Shown: positions 55,584-64,000 of the stretch, piece by piece
Layout of the letters: each line of letters begins with the position of its first letter
Position numbering within the stretch: the stretch's first letter is position 1
Notes under the pieces: model-generated
What the model was told of the DNA's origin: nothing
The model's database searches: none
Seen by the model: the letters and a program-made list of their open reading frames with translations, nothing else
Assembly: GCA_017467585.1 (NCBI GenBank)
Contig: JAFUSR010000004.1
Coordinates: 434,178 to 498,177, forward strand
Source of the DNA: Clostridia bacterium
GTDB lineage: Bacteria > Bacillota > Clostridia > Christensenellales > UBA1242
Length of the DNA: 64,000 bases
Reading direction: 5' to 3'
Translations under genes and position numbers: made by a program

Positions 55584-57983
55584 TTGGCAGAAAACAATTC
55601 AAAAGTAGAGAACGAAAATATTAAAGCAGTTCAGGCTATCATTCAACATGGCAGTCTGAATCTTCTTGCTTCAAATATTAGAAAACTCAAGGCTCAATTA
55701 GACCAGTTTGGTTCACTTTTGGCGAACAAAGAAGCTCAATTTGCTGCAAAAGAGCAAAAGCCAGAAAAGGCTGCTCAAGCAGCTTCTGTTCAGCCTCAAA
55801 AGGCAGAACCAAAACCACAACAACCACAGCAAAGACCTGTTCAACAACCTCAAACAAAAATCAGAAAGTTTGATTCAAATGGTGCTGGTGCGCAAGGCGC
55901 AAGACCAAACACTTTTGGTCAACGCCCAAATGGTGGTTTTGCTAAAAAGCCACAGGGCGCGCAAGGTCAGCGACCAGCAGGCCCAAGACTTGCCAAACCA
56001 ACCGAAATGTTAGATATCAGCTCACTCGCCGGCAAAAAACCACAGCATCAAACCAAAAAGAAGACTTTCGAGAAGAACGACGACAAAAAGTCAATGAACA
56101 AAAAGGCTTTAGTTATGCGTGGTTATGTTGCCGATGAATCTCTCGAAGACGATGGCGAGAGTGTTCGCATGGGCAGCAAAAAGCGTGGTGCACAAAAACA
56201 AAAACAAACAAAAGCTGCCGAAGTTCAACCAGCAATCACTCACGCAGTTATAACAACTGATAACTTAACAGTTAAATTGCTTGCAGAAAAAATTGGAAAA
56301 CCAGCAACTCAAATTATCAGCAAATTCTTAATTCTTGGAATTATGGTTAACATAAACAGCAACATCGACTTTGAGTCAGCAGAACTTGTTGCTGGAGAGT
56401 TTGGAATTACTCTTGAAAAGCAGGTTGAGCAGACCTACGAAGAAAAAATTGCCGAACTCATGAAAGACGACACCAAAGAAGAAGACAAAGAGGTTCGCCC
56501 ACCAGTAGTAACGGTAATGGGTCACGTCGACCACGGAAAAACCTCGCTACTAGATAGAATCAGAAAAACAAATGTTGTCACTGGCGAAGCTGGTGGAATC
56601 ACTCAACACATTGGTGCCTACACAATTAAAGTAAATGGAAAGCAAGTAACATTTATCGACACACCAGGTCACGAAGCCTTTGTCAGCATGCGTGAACGCG
56701 GTGCAAAACTAACCGACATTGCCATTTTGGTTGTTGCCGCCGATGATGGAGTCATGCCTCAAACCAAAGAGAGCATAAAACATATAAAAGCCGCAAAAAT
56801 TCCAATGATTGTTGCCATCAACAAAATAGATAAAGAAGGCGCAAACATTGAAAAAATCAAGCAAGAACTTGCCGAAAATGATGTTCTTCCAGAAGAATGG
56901 GGCGGCGATGCAATTCTTGTTCCAATTTCAGCAAAAACAGGTGAAGGAATTGACAAACTTTTAGAGATGGTTCTCTTTGTTGCTGAATATCAAAACTTAA
57001 GAGCAAACCCAAACAAAAGGGCAACAGGTGCAATAATCGAAGCCAGACTAGATAAGGGTCTTGGAAGCGTTGCAACAGTTCTTATTCAAAACGGAACGCT
57101 TCATGTTGGCGACTATGTTGTTATTGGAATGGTAACCGGAAAAGTTCGTGCCATGACAAACGACAAGGGAGAAAGAGTTAAGAGCGCTGGCCCAAGCACA
57201 CCAGTGGCAATAATTGGCTTGTCGGGCGTTCCAAATGCAGGCGACATACTTTATAGCGTTGACGAAAAAATGAGCAAGAACCTAGCAATAGAGCGTCAAG
57301 AACTTGCTCGTTCAAACATGATTAAAGGCGCAGATTTGTCAATAGAAGCAATGATGAACAAAATTGCTGACAGCAACTTTAAAGACTACAATGTGATTAT
57401 TAAAGGTGACGTTCAGGGCTCAGTAGAAGCTCTCAAACAATCGTTGTCTGCTGTTCAAAACGAAGAAGTTAAAGTTCGCTGCATCCATGGTGGTGTTGGA
57501 AACATCAACGAAAACGATGTCAGTCTTGCAATAGCGGCTCACGCCATTATTATTGCATTTAACGTTAAGGCAGAATTCAGCGCAAAAATCATTGCAGAAA
57601 AAGAGCACGTAGAAATTCATCAATCAAAGGTTATCTACGAGGTTCTTGACTACGTAACAAACAACATAAACAAAATGCTTACTCCAAAATATAGAGAAGA
57701 AGTTATCGGCCATGCAGAAGTTAGAATGCTCTTTAAAGCAAGCAAAGTTGGAATGATCGCCGGAAGCTATATTTTAGATGGCAGAGTAACAAGAGACAGC
57801 AAGGTGCGCATAACTCGTGGAAAGAAAATTGTCTATGAAGGCGAAGTTAACACTCTTCAAAGAGAAAAAGATCAGGCTTCAGAAGTCAAAGCTGGCTTCG
57901 AGTGTGGAATCACCTTCAAAGACTTTGTTGACATGCAAGTTGGCGACATTGTTGAAGCATATGTTATGCAACGAATCAACTAA
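55584..57983 (+). CDS. infB: Translation initiation factor IF-2
   Basis: G domain VTVMGHVDHGKTSLLD, DTPGHEAF, NKIDK. Preferred start is TTG 55584, 7 nt after GGGGGA. The track start 55569 overlaps ylxQ. Confidence 0.9.
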   Translation: MAENNSKVENENIKAVQAIIQHGSLNLLASNIRKLKAQLDQFGSLLANKEAQFAAKEQKPEKAAQAASVQPQKAEPKPQQPQQRPVQQPQTKIRKFDSNGAGAQGARPNTFGQRPNGGFAKKPQGAQGQRPAGPRLAKPTEMLDISSLAGKKPQHQTKKKTFEKNDDKKSMNKKALVMRGYVADESLEDDGESVRMGSKKRGAQKQKQTKAAEVQPAITHAVITTDNLTVKLLAEKIGKPATQIISKFLILGIMVNINSNIDFESAELVAGEFGITLEKQVEQTYEEKIAELMKDDTKEEDKEVRPPVVTVMGHVDHGKTSLLDRIRKTNVVTGEAGGITQHIGAYTIKVNGKQVTFIDTPGHEAFVSMRERGAKLTDIAILVVAADDGVMPQTKESIKHIKAAKIPMIVAINKIDKEGANIEKIKQELAENDVLPEEWGGDAILVPISAKTGEGIDKLLEMVLFVAEYQNLRANPNKRATGAIIEARLDKGLGSVATVLIQNGTLHVGDYVVIGMVTGKVRAMTNDKGERVKSAGPSTPVAIIGLSGVPNAGDILYSVDEKMSKNLAIERQELARSNMIKGADLSIEAMMNKIADSNFKDYNVIIKGDVQGSVEALKQSLSAVQNEEVKVRCIHGGVGNINENDVSLAIAAHAIIIAFNVKAEFSAKIIAEKEHVEIHQSKVIYEVLDYVTNNINKMLTPKYREEVIGHAEVRMLFKASKVGMIAGSYILDGRVTRDSKVRITRGKKIVYEGEVNTLQREKDQASEVKAGFECGITFKDFVDMQVGDIVEAYVMQRIN

Positions 57984-57998
57984 ACAGGAGGAAGGGCC

Positions 57999-58343
57999 AT
58001 GCCAAATATTCGCATGAGTAGGGTTGACTCAGAAATTCAAAAAGCTGTTGCATCAATCATCGATGCCAGAGTAAGAGATGAAAGTTTGGGTGTTATGATA
58101 AGTGTTCAAAATGTCGACACAACACCAGACCTCATGCTTTCAACAATATATTTTTCAGTTTTGGGTGGCGACTCGAAACAAATTCAAAAATATTTAACCA
58201 TACACAAATCTGAAATAAGAAAAGAGCTCGCAAAAAAAATAAGACTAAAAATTCTTCCAGATTTAAAGTTTGAAATTGACACTCTTAACGATTATGCAGA
58301 GCACATGAACAAGCTGTTTGACAGCATTAAAGGAGACAAATAA
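57999..58343 (+). CDS. rbfA: Ribosome-binding factor A
   Basis: 114 aa. RMSRVDSEIQKAVASII. RBS AGGAGGAAGG. Confidence 0.9.
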   Translation: MPNIRMSRVDSEIQKAVASIIDARVRDESLGVMISVQNVDTTPDLMLSTIYFSVLGGDSKQIQKYLTIHKSEIRKELAKKIRLKILPDLKFEIDTLNDYAEHMNKLFDSIKGDK

Positions 58344-59308
58344 TGGAAAAAATTGCAAAAATGATAGCTGAGCACTCAAATTTTGCAGTTTTTGCGCATA
58401 TAAAAACAGACTGCGATGCGGTCTGTTCTTCTTTAGCAATGAAATATGCACTTGCATCGATTGGAAAAAAAGCCGATGTTTTTATCGATTCATCTCTTTC
58501 TTCAAAGATGCAAAGTTTGCCACACATTGAAGACATAAATAACAAAACTTTAGAGAATTATGATTGTTACATTTGTTTAGACACAGCAACAATCGACAGA
58601 CTAGGAAAGTTTAAATATAAAATAATGAAGAACAGAAAAAACTCTTGTCTTCTAGACCACCATGCAACAAATGAAAAATATTGCAAACTCAACTATGTCA
58701 ATGAAACATATTCTTCAACCTGTGAGTTACTTTTTGATTTCTTTAAAATTATTGATGTAAAAATTACACCAGAAATGGCTCACTTGCTGCTTGCGGGAAT
58801 ATATACTGATAGCGGCGAACTCACATTTTCTTGCACAAAGCCACACACGCTTTTGGTCGCAAGCAAATTGCTTTCAATCTATGGTGGGGCAATGGATGAA
58901 ATAACAACACCAATATTTAGAAACCAAACAATGGCGGAGTTTAAACTTAACAAACTTGCATATGATAGAATCAAAATTTATAACGACGGGAAAATAGCCA
59001 TCACAATGCTAGACAACAAAGATTTTGAAGAATTGGGTGTAGGAATAGAAGAAACACATGGTCTTGTGAATATCGGAATTCAAATAGACACCATTTTGAT
59101 TTCAATTTTTGTCAGTCAAGATTCTGAGCAAGAAGATTGTTTTTATGTTTCAATTAGATCAAAGGGAAACATCAGCGCACGAGATGTTGCGGCTGCTTTT
59201 GGTGGCGGTGGACACTTAAACGCTGCAGGCTGCAAAATATTTGACACAAAACAAGGCGTTCACAACGCACTTTTAAAAGCTGCTCAAGAGGTAATTGGCA
59301 GATGTTAG
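58343..59308 (+). CDS. nrnA: DHH/DHHA1 phosphoesterase (NrnA-like)
   Basis: FAHIKTDCDAV, LLDHHATN (DHH), C-terminal GGGGHLNAAG. Confidence 0.8.
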   Translation: MEKIAKMIAEHSNFAVFAHIKTDCDAVCSSLAMKYALASIGKKADVFIDSSLSSKMQSLPHIEDINNKTLENYDCYICLDTATIDRLGKFKYKIMKNRKNSCLLDHHATNEKYCKLNYVNETYSSTCELLFDFFKIIDVKITPEMAHLLLAGIYTDSGELTFSCTKPHTLLVASKLLSIYGGAMDEITTPIFRNQTMAEFKLNKLAYDRIKIYNDGKIAITMLDNKDFEELGVGIEETHGLVNIGIQIDTILISIFVSQDSEQEDCFYVSIRSKGNISARDVAAAFGGGGHLNAAGCKIFDTKQGVHNALLKAAQEVIGRC

Positions 59309-60150
59309 GTGTTTATTGTGTCAATAAAGCTAGCGGAGAAAATAGCACATACGTTGTTTCAAAAATAAAACACATAACAAACGAAAAGTGTGGACACTTT
59401 GGAACACTCGATCCACTAGCAAGTGGTGTTTTGCCGGTGGCGGTTGGCAAGGCCACAAAACTGTTTGACTACTTTTTAACCAAAGACAAAAAATATTTTG
59501 CAATAGCAAAATTTGGAATAGAAACTGACACTCTCGACAGTCAGGGCGAGGTTGTCATAAAAAATGAAAAACAAATTTCACTATCGCAAATTCAGTCTGT
59601 AATCAATAAGTTTATTGGCAAAATCAAACAGGTTCCACCACAATATTCTGCAATAAATATAAACGGAGAACGCGCCTACGAACTGGCGAGGCAGGGCAAA
59701 CAAGCACAGATTAAACCAAGAGAAATTGAAATCTTTAGTCTGTCTGTCAGTGACTATGGTGAAAATATGTTTAGTTTTGAAATCCACTGCTCTGCAGGAA
59801 CTTATGTCAGAACACTTATTAGTGACATTGCAAAAGAACTTGGAACGGTTGCAACAACAGTTTGCATAATCAGGCGTGCGAGTGGCAAGTTTTTGCTCGA
59901 AAATTCTTACACACTTTCAGAGATAGAAAGTGGAAAAGCAGAGCTGCTTTCAATTGACAAAGTTTTAGATCTTCCAATCAAAAGTCTTAGTGAAGAACAA
60001 TCAAAAAAACTTTTAAATGGCCAAACCATAACAACAGAAATAAAAGAAGAACAAACACTTTGTTATTTAAATGACAAACCAATAGGCATTTGCACAACAA
60101 AAAATAATTCAACAAAAATTCAAATTAATTTGTGGGAGGAAAACAAATGA
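59302..60150 (+). CDS. truB: tRNA pseudouridine55 synthase TruB
   Basis: HFGTLDPLASGVLPVAVGKATK with catalytic Asp. Confidence 0.9.
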   Translation: MLGVYCVNKASGENSTYVVSKIKHITNEKCGHFGTLDPLASGVLPVAVGKATKLFDYFLTKDKKYFAIAKFGIETDTLDSQGEVVIKNEKQISLSQIQSVINKFIGKIKQVPPQYSAININGERAYELARQGKQAQIKPREIEIFSLSVSDYGENMFSFEIHCSAGTYVRTLISDIAKELGTVATTVCIIRRASGKFLLENSYTLSEIESGKAELLSIDKVLDLPIKSLSEEQSKKLLNGQTITTEIKEEQTLCYLNDKPIGICTTKNNSTKIQINLWEENK

Positions 60151-60998
60151 TAAATTTTGGACCATCAGGTTTCTGCGAAGACTTTGCAGCAGCAGGCCAC
60201 AAAAAGAGCGAAGAGATGCCGGAGTGGCTTGAAAGTCATGGGCTTTCTGCCTATGAAATAAGCTTTACAAACGGAATAAACATGAGTGACGAAAAGTGTG
60301 TTTTGCTCGGCAAATTGTTTGCAGAAAAAAATATAACACTCAGTGTTCATGGCCCATATTATATCAACTTTGCAAATCCAGACCCAACAATGATAGAAAA
60401 GAGCATCGGATACATAATTAACAGTCTCAAAAAAATGAAACTGCTCGGGGCAAAACGACTTGTGTTTCATCCGGGCGCGCTCATGAAGCAGTCGAGGGAA
60501 GAAGCCCATGCACGTGTTATGTCAAACCTCAAACTTTTGATGGAGCGAATCGATGATCAACACTTTGATTTTGACTTTCAAATTTGCCCCGAGACAATGG
60601 GAAAGCACGGTCAGTGTGGAACAGTTGCCGAAGTTGCTGAAATGTGTTCGCTAGACAAGAGAATTGTTCCAACGCTCGATTTTGGTCACATTAACAGTTT
60701 TGGCCAGGGAAGCTTGGTCACAGAGCAAGATTTTGCAAATGTTTTCGACACGCTCAAAATGTATATTGGCGAGCGCTATCATGACGTCCACATTCATTTC
60801 ACACACATCGAATATGGCCCAAAAGGCGAAGTTAAACATGTTCTTGCAGATAACAATCCACAAAACTTTGGGCCAGATTTTGAGCCACTTGCGAAAGTTT
60901 TAAAAGACTATGAAATTAGTGGCGAAATCATCAGCGAAAGCCCGGGTCATCAAACCAGAGAGTCGGTAGACATGATGAAAATATATCAAAACGCATAA
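60147..60998 (+). CDS. AP endonuclease family 2 (endonuclease IV-like) TIM-barrel protein
   Basis: ATG 60147 overlaps the truB stop (ATGA). LVFHPGA, CPETMGK and LDFGHIN motifs are ordered as in Nfo. Confidence 0.6.
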   Translation: MINFGPSGFCEDFAAAGHKKSEEMPEWLESHGLSAYEISFTNGINMSDEKCVLLGKLFAEKNITLSVHGPYYINFANPDPTMIEKSIGYIINSLKKMKLLGAKRLVFHPGALMKQSREEAHARVMSNLKLLMERIDDQHFDFDFQICPETMGKHGQCGTVAEVAEMCSLDKRIVPTLDFGHINSFGQGSLVTEQDFANVFDTLKMYIGERYHDVHIHFTHIEYGPKGEVKHVLADNNPQNFGPDFEPLAKVLKDYEISGEIISESPGHQTRESVDMMKIYQNA

Positions 60999-61082
60999 AA
61001 AATGGCACTTTCAGTCAAATAATAGTTGCCAACGAGCATAACTTATGTTAAAATTATCGTAGTTAAAAATTGGAGGAAATTT

Positions 61083-61640
61083 ATGATTACAGCAGGCGAT
61101 CTTAGAAAAGGCGTAACATTTGAAATGGACGGCAAAATCTATGTGGTAGTAGACTTCTTGCACGTTAAACCAGGCAAGGGTGCCGCATTTGTTAGAACAA
61201 AATTAAAAAATATTGTAACAGGACAAGTTATTGAAAAAACTTTCAACCCAGTAGAAAAGTTCGAAAAGGCTCACATCGAGCGCAAGGAAATGGCTTATCT
61301 TTATAACGATGGCGATTTGTATTATTTTATGGACAACGAAACATACGAACAAATTCCACTTAACAAAAGTCAAGTAGAAGACGCTCTTATGTTTATCACA
61401 GAAAACATGAACTGCACAATTCAATTTTATAAGGGCGAAGCTTTCAGCGTTGAACCACCAAACTTTGTTGAACTCACAATCACAGAATGTGAACCAGGAC
61501 TTCAGGGAGACACATCAAAGGCAGGCACAAAGCCAGCCACTGTTGAAACAGGTTTCACACTTCAAGTTCCACTTTTTGTAAACAATGGCGAAAGAATTCG
61601 TATTGACACAAGAACTGGAACATACATGAGCAGAGCATAA
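61083..61640 (+). CDS. efp: Translation elongation factor P
   Basis: ATG 61083 after [28 protein letters not shown]. Confidence 0.95.
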   Translation: MITAGDLRKGVTFEMDGKIYVVVDFLHVKPGKGAAFVRTKLKNIVTGQVIEKTFNPVEKFEKAHIERKEMAYLYNDGDLYYFMDNETYEQIPLNKSQVEDALMFITENMNCTIQFYKGEAFSVEPPNFVELTITECEPGLQGDTSKAGTKPATVETGFTLQVPLFVNNGERIRIDTRTGTYMSRA

Positions 61641-61646
61641 CAAAAA

Positions 61647-61677
61647 TAAAAACAGCAATTTGTTGCTGTTTTTTTTG
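61647..61677 (+). terminator. Intrinsic terminator
   Basis: AACAGCAA-TTTG-TTGCTGTT then TTTTTTT. Confidence 0.75.
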
Positions 61678-61765
61678 TGCAAAAAATTGCCAAAATAAAA
61701 TTCCTTCAAAATTCGCCAAATATAGCAGTATAAAATGGGCAACCGCAAAATAAGTTTTATTAGAC

Positions 61766-62671
61766 ATGATTAAAGATTTAATCACTGAAAAATTATACAA
61801 TGAAATAGTGGGTTTTTGCAGTATTGGCGACATAGAAGAAATAAGGCTCAGGGCAAATTGTCCTGTTGTTGTCTGCATAAACGGCAAAAATTATGCTGTA
61901 ACAAACAAAAATAATGAATGTGTTTATGCATCAGATATCGATTTAAATCATGTGATATCAAGGGCAACGCAGAATTCTTTTTATGCGGTTAGCGAACAGA
62001 TAAAGCAAATGTTTATTGCTTGCGATGGAGGAATTCGCATAGGAATAACGGGAGAAGTTGTTACAAACCAGACAGGAATTGTCACCATAAAGCATATCAA
62101 TTCACTAAACATTAGAATTCCTCACCAGGTAAAGCATTTTGCCGACGTTGCAATAAAGTTTATCTGTGATGGAAAGAGAGTTTATAACACACTGATTGCA
62201 AGTGGACCAGGGGCCGGCAAAACCACGCTTTTGCGCGATGTTTGCAGAGCACTTTCTGCAGAAAGCACAATAAGAAATATTTTGCTGGTTGACGAACGTT
62301 ACGAAATCGCTAATGTAACAAATGGCAGACAAACACTAAACGTTGGGGCATTTACAGATATTATTTCAGGTGGAAACAAACTCATGGCTTTTGGTCAAGG
62401 AATTCGCTCATTAAAGCCAAATGTAATAGTTACTGACGAATTATACTCAAACGAAGACTACGAAGCTGTCAGAAAGGCAATTCAAAGTGGAGTAAATGTG
62501 ATTGCATCAGTGCACGCGCAAAATCAATTTGAGCTACTGCAAAACGACAACATCAAACGCATGCTAAACGAAAAAAGCATAGAGAGAATAATTGTCTTAA
62601 ATTCTAGTTCAAAAACGAGGTATCAAGGCATCTACGACTCAAACTTAAAGTGCTTATACATGCCTTATTAA
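61766..62671 (+). CDS. spoIIIAA: Stage III sporulation protein AA (ATPase)
   Basis: Walker A ASGPGAGKTTLLRD, Walker B VIVTDE. First gene of a spoIIIA-like array downstream of efp. Confidence 0.85.
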   Translation: MIKDLITEKLYNEIVGFCSIGDIEEIRLRANCPVVVCINGKNYAVTNKNNECVYASDIDLNHVISRATQNSFYAVSEQIKQMFIACDGGIRIGITGEVVTNQTGIVTIKHINSLNIRIPHQVKHFADVAIKFICDGKRVYNTLIASGPGAGKTTLLRDVCRALSAESTIRNILLVDERYEIANVTNGRQTLNVGAFTDIISGGNKLMAFGQGIRSLKPNVIVTDELYSNEDYEAVRKAIQSGVNVIASVHAQNQFELLQNDNIKRMLNEKSIERIIVLNSSSKTRYQGIYDSNLKCLYMPY

Positions 62672-62679
62672 AAAAGAAA

Positions 62680-63171
62680 ATGAAATTAATATTTTGCACA
62701 TTAATCATGTTAACAAGTGGATTTGTTGGAATAACAATTAAAAACAGAATTACAAAAAAATATCAATTTTTTGTGAATTTTGACCGCTTTTTAAACTATT
62801 TAACAATCAATATTGCGTTTTTTCAAAAAAGGCTAACATTGTGTGTTTCGAACTTTGCTAATGAATCTAGTTCAAAAGACATGTTTTATTTTGACCTTGA
62901 AAAATGTTTAAAAGCAAACAATTTTTCAAAAGAGTCAGTTACTAATTTATTGTCTAAAACACTGTCTAATCAAGAAGCTTTGCAAATAGCAGAATTTTTG
63001 ATTGAACTTTCATCTTCACCAGAGCACCAAGTTGAAGAACTCATTTCCAAAGAGCAATCAATCATCAAATCAAAGTTACAAGAATATAGCCAAAAACAAA
63101 AGTCGGTTGGTTCACTTGCTCAAAAACTCAGTCTGTGTGTTGGAGCAATAATTTGCATTCTTATTTATTAA
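62680..63171 (+). CDS. spoIIIAB: Stage III sporulation protein AB
   Basis: ATG 62680. N- and C-terminal TM helices with a helical middle. Called by position. Confidence 0.7.
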   Translation: MKLIFCTLIMLTSGFVGITIKNRITKKYQFFVNFDRFLNYLTINIAFFQKRLTLCVSNFANESSSKDMFYFDLEKCLKANNFSKESVTNLLSKTLSNQEALQIAEFLIELSSSPEHQVEELISKEQSIIKSKLQEYSQKQKSVGSLAQKLSLCVGAIICILIY

Positions 63172-63178
63172 AGGGAAA

Positions 63179-63376
63179 ATGGATATTTCAATTATTTTTA
63201 AAATTGCAGGAATAGGATTAATTACAATTGTTGTCAGCCAAATTTTACAACACTCGGGAAAGGGTGAACTTGCAACATTAACAAATTTGGCAGGATTAAT
63301 TATGGTCTTAGCAGTTGTCCTTAACATGATTAGTGAGCTTTTTGGCAACTTGCAGACGATGTTTAGTTTATATTGA
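63179..63376 (+). CDS. spoIIIAC: Stage III sporulation protein AC
   Basis: 65 aa, two TM helices (IAGIGLITIVVSQIL..GK). Confidence 0.8.
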   Translation: MDISIIFKIAGIGLITIVVSQILQHSGKGELATLTNLAGLIMVLAVVLNMISELFGNLQTMFSLY

Positions 63377-63388
63377 GGAGCATGACTA

Positions 63389-63760
63389 GTGCTACTAAAA
63401 ATAATTGCAATTGGTGCGGTCTCCATAGTTTCGGCTGCCATAATAAAAACATATAGGCCAGACATAGCGCTAGTTGTGAGCATTTGTGGTGGTGTTGCAA
63501 TTGTGCTTTTATCAATTTCAGAAATAGAAAATATTCTATCTGGAATTTCGTCAATTGGTGCTCAGGCTTCTGCGGTAATAAGGCCAATGATAAAAGTTCT
63601 TTGTGTGGCATATTTAACCGAGTTTTGTGCAGACATGGCTGAGGATGCGGGAAATAAAACAATACAGTCCAAAATATTACTTGGGGGCAAAATTTCAATA
63701 TGCGCAATAGCAATTCCAATCGTGTCTCAAATGCTTTCTACAATATTATCGCTGCTATAG
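63389..63760 (+). CDS. spoIIIAD: Stage III sporulation protein AD
   Basis: GTG start 8 nt after GAGGAG. 123 aa, four hydrophobic helices. Confidence 0.8.
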   Translation: MLLKIIAIGAVSIVSAAIIKTYRPDIALVVSICGGVAIVLLSISEIENILSGISSIGAQASAVIRPMIKVLCVAYLTEFCADMAEDAGNKTIQSKILLGGKISICAIAIPIVSQMLSTILSLL

Positions 63761-64000
63761 TGGTTTTGATTATTTGTTGTTTTTCTCAGCCGGTTCAAAA
63801 AGTGTGCCATGCGGAGGCAACTGTCGAAGAACAACTCGACCAAGAGGTTAACTTAATTTTAGACGACATCGACATGTCAGAACTAGAAAATTATTTTGAG
63901 AATAACAAAGAATATTTTGCAAGCACATTCAATGTTTTTTCTTTCAAAGATTTTGTTTTGGCTTTAATAAGAGGTGAAATTTTAACAGATTATAATTCGA
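63760..64000 (+). CDS. spoIIIAE: Stage III sporulation protein AE, 5' part (truncated by the window end)
   Basis: GTG overlaps the spoIIIAD stop. The frame is open to the window end (VVLIICCFSQPVQKVCHAEATVEEQLDQEV...). Signal-like N-terminus. Called by position. Confidence 0.55.
   Translation, partial: MVLIICCFSQPVQKVCHAEATVEEQLDQEVNLILDDIDMSELENYFENNKEYFASTFNVFSFKDFVLALIRGEILTDYNS

Noticed and set aside
1-64000. Search by eye for tRNA, rRNA, tmRNA, RNase P, SRP RNA, T-box or common riboswitch cores, and CRISPR arrays
   Set aside because: None were recognised in the intergenic regions. This is a limited visual scan, and covariance-model searches are needed to be sure.

Overview
This is a 64-kb chromosomal segment from a low-GC, endospore-forming member of the Bacillota, probably Clostridia-like. 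The placement rests on the spoIIIAA-AE operon, a CIRCE/hrcA-grpE-dnaK-dnaJ operon, and Bacillus-like gene order. About 70 CDSs are present, nearly all on the + strand, and I found no rRNA, tRNA or CRISPR array by eye. Core blocks are: helD; lepA-hemW; hrcA-grpE-dnaK-dnaJ-rsmE-mtaB-rpsU; comM-dprA-topA-trmFO-hslVU-trx; nifS-nifU; ruvX; rpsB-tsf-frr-cdsA-rseP; rimP-nusA-ylxR-ylxQ-infB-rbfA-nrnA-truB; efp; spoIIIA. Accessory content sits mainly at 3.4-8.6 kb (surface and lipoproteins), 18.9-29.4 kb and 41.8-45.9 kb. The strongest lead is a 53-aa ORF missing from the ORF track (22729..22890). It encodes four tandem PAPACGxxDPK repeats and lies directly upstream of a radical SAM/SPASM enzyme that is translationally linked to two redox enzymes, a candidate leaderless repeat-RiPP operon. 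Other leads are: two inverted copies of a roughly 150-170-nt structured element (64/66 nt identical core, structure-conserving divergence in the terminator hairpin); a roughly 3.6-kb HUH-Rep plus large-serine-recombinase element; a tetR-macro-SirTM operon; two tandem 660-680-aa transglutaminase-like paralogues that share a 46-nt perfectly identical stretch; a GrpE with a CxC-rich N-terminal extension; and a PolC-like protein with the N-terminal, OB and exonuclease regions but no polymerase. All family calls come from motifs read by eye, with no database search, and start codons were chosen by RBS spacing.
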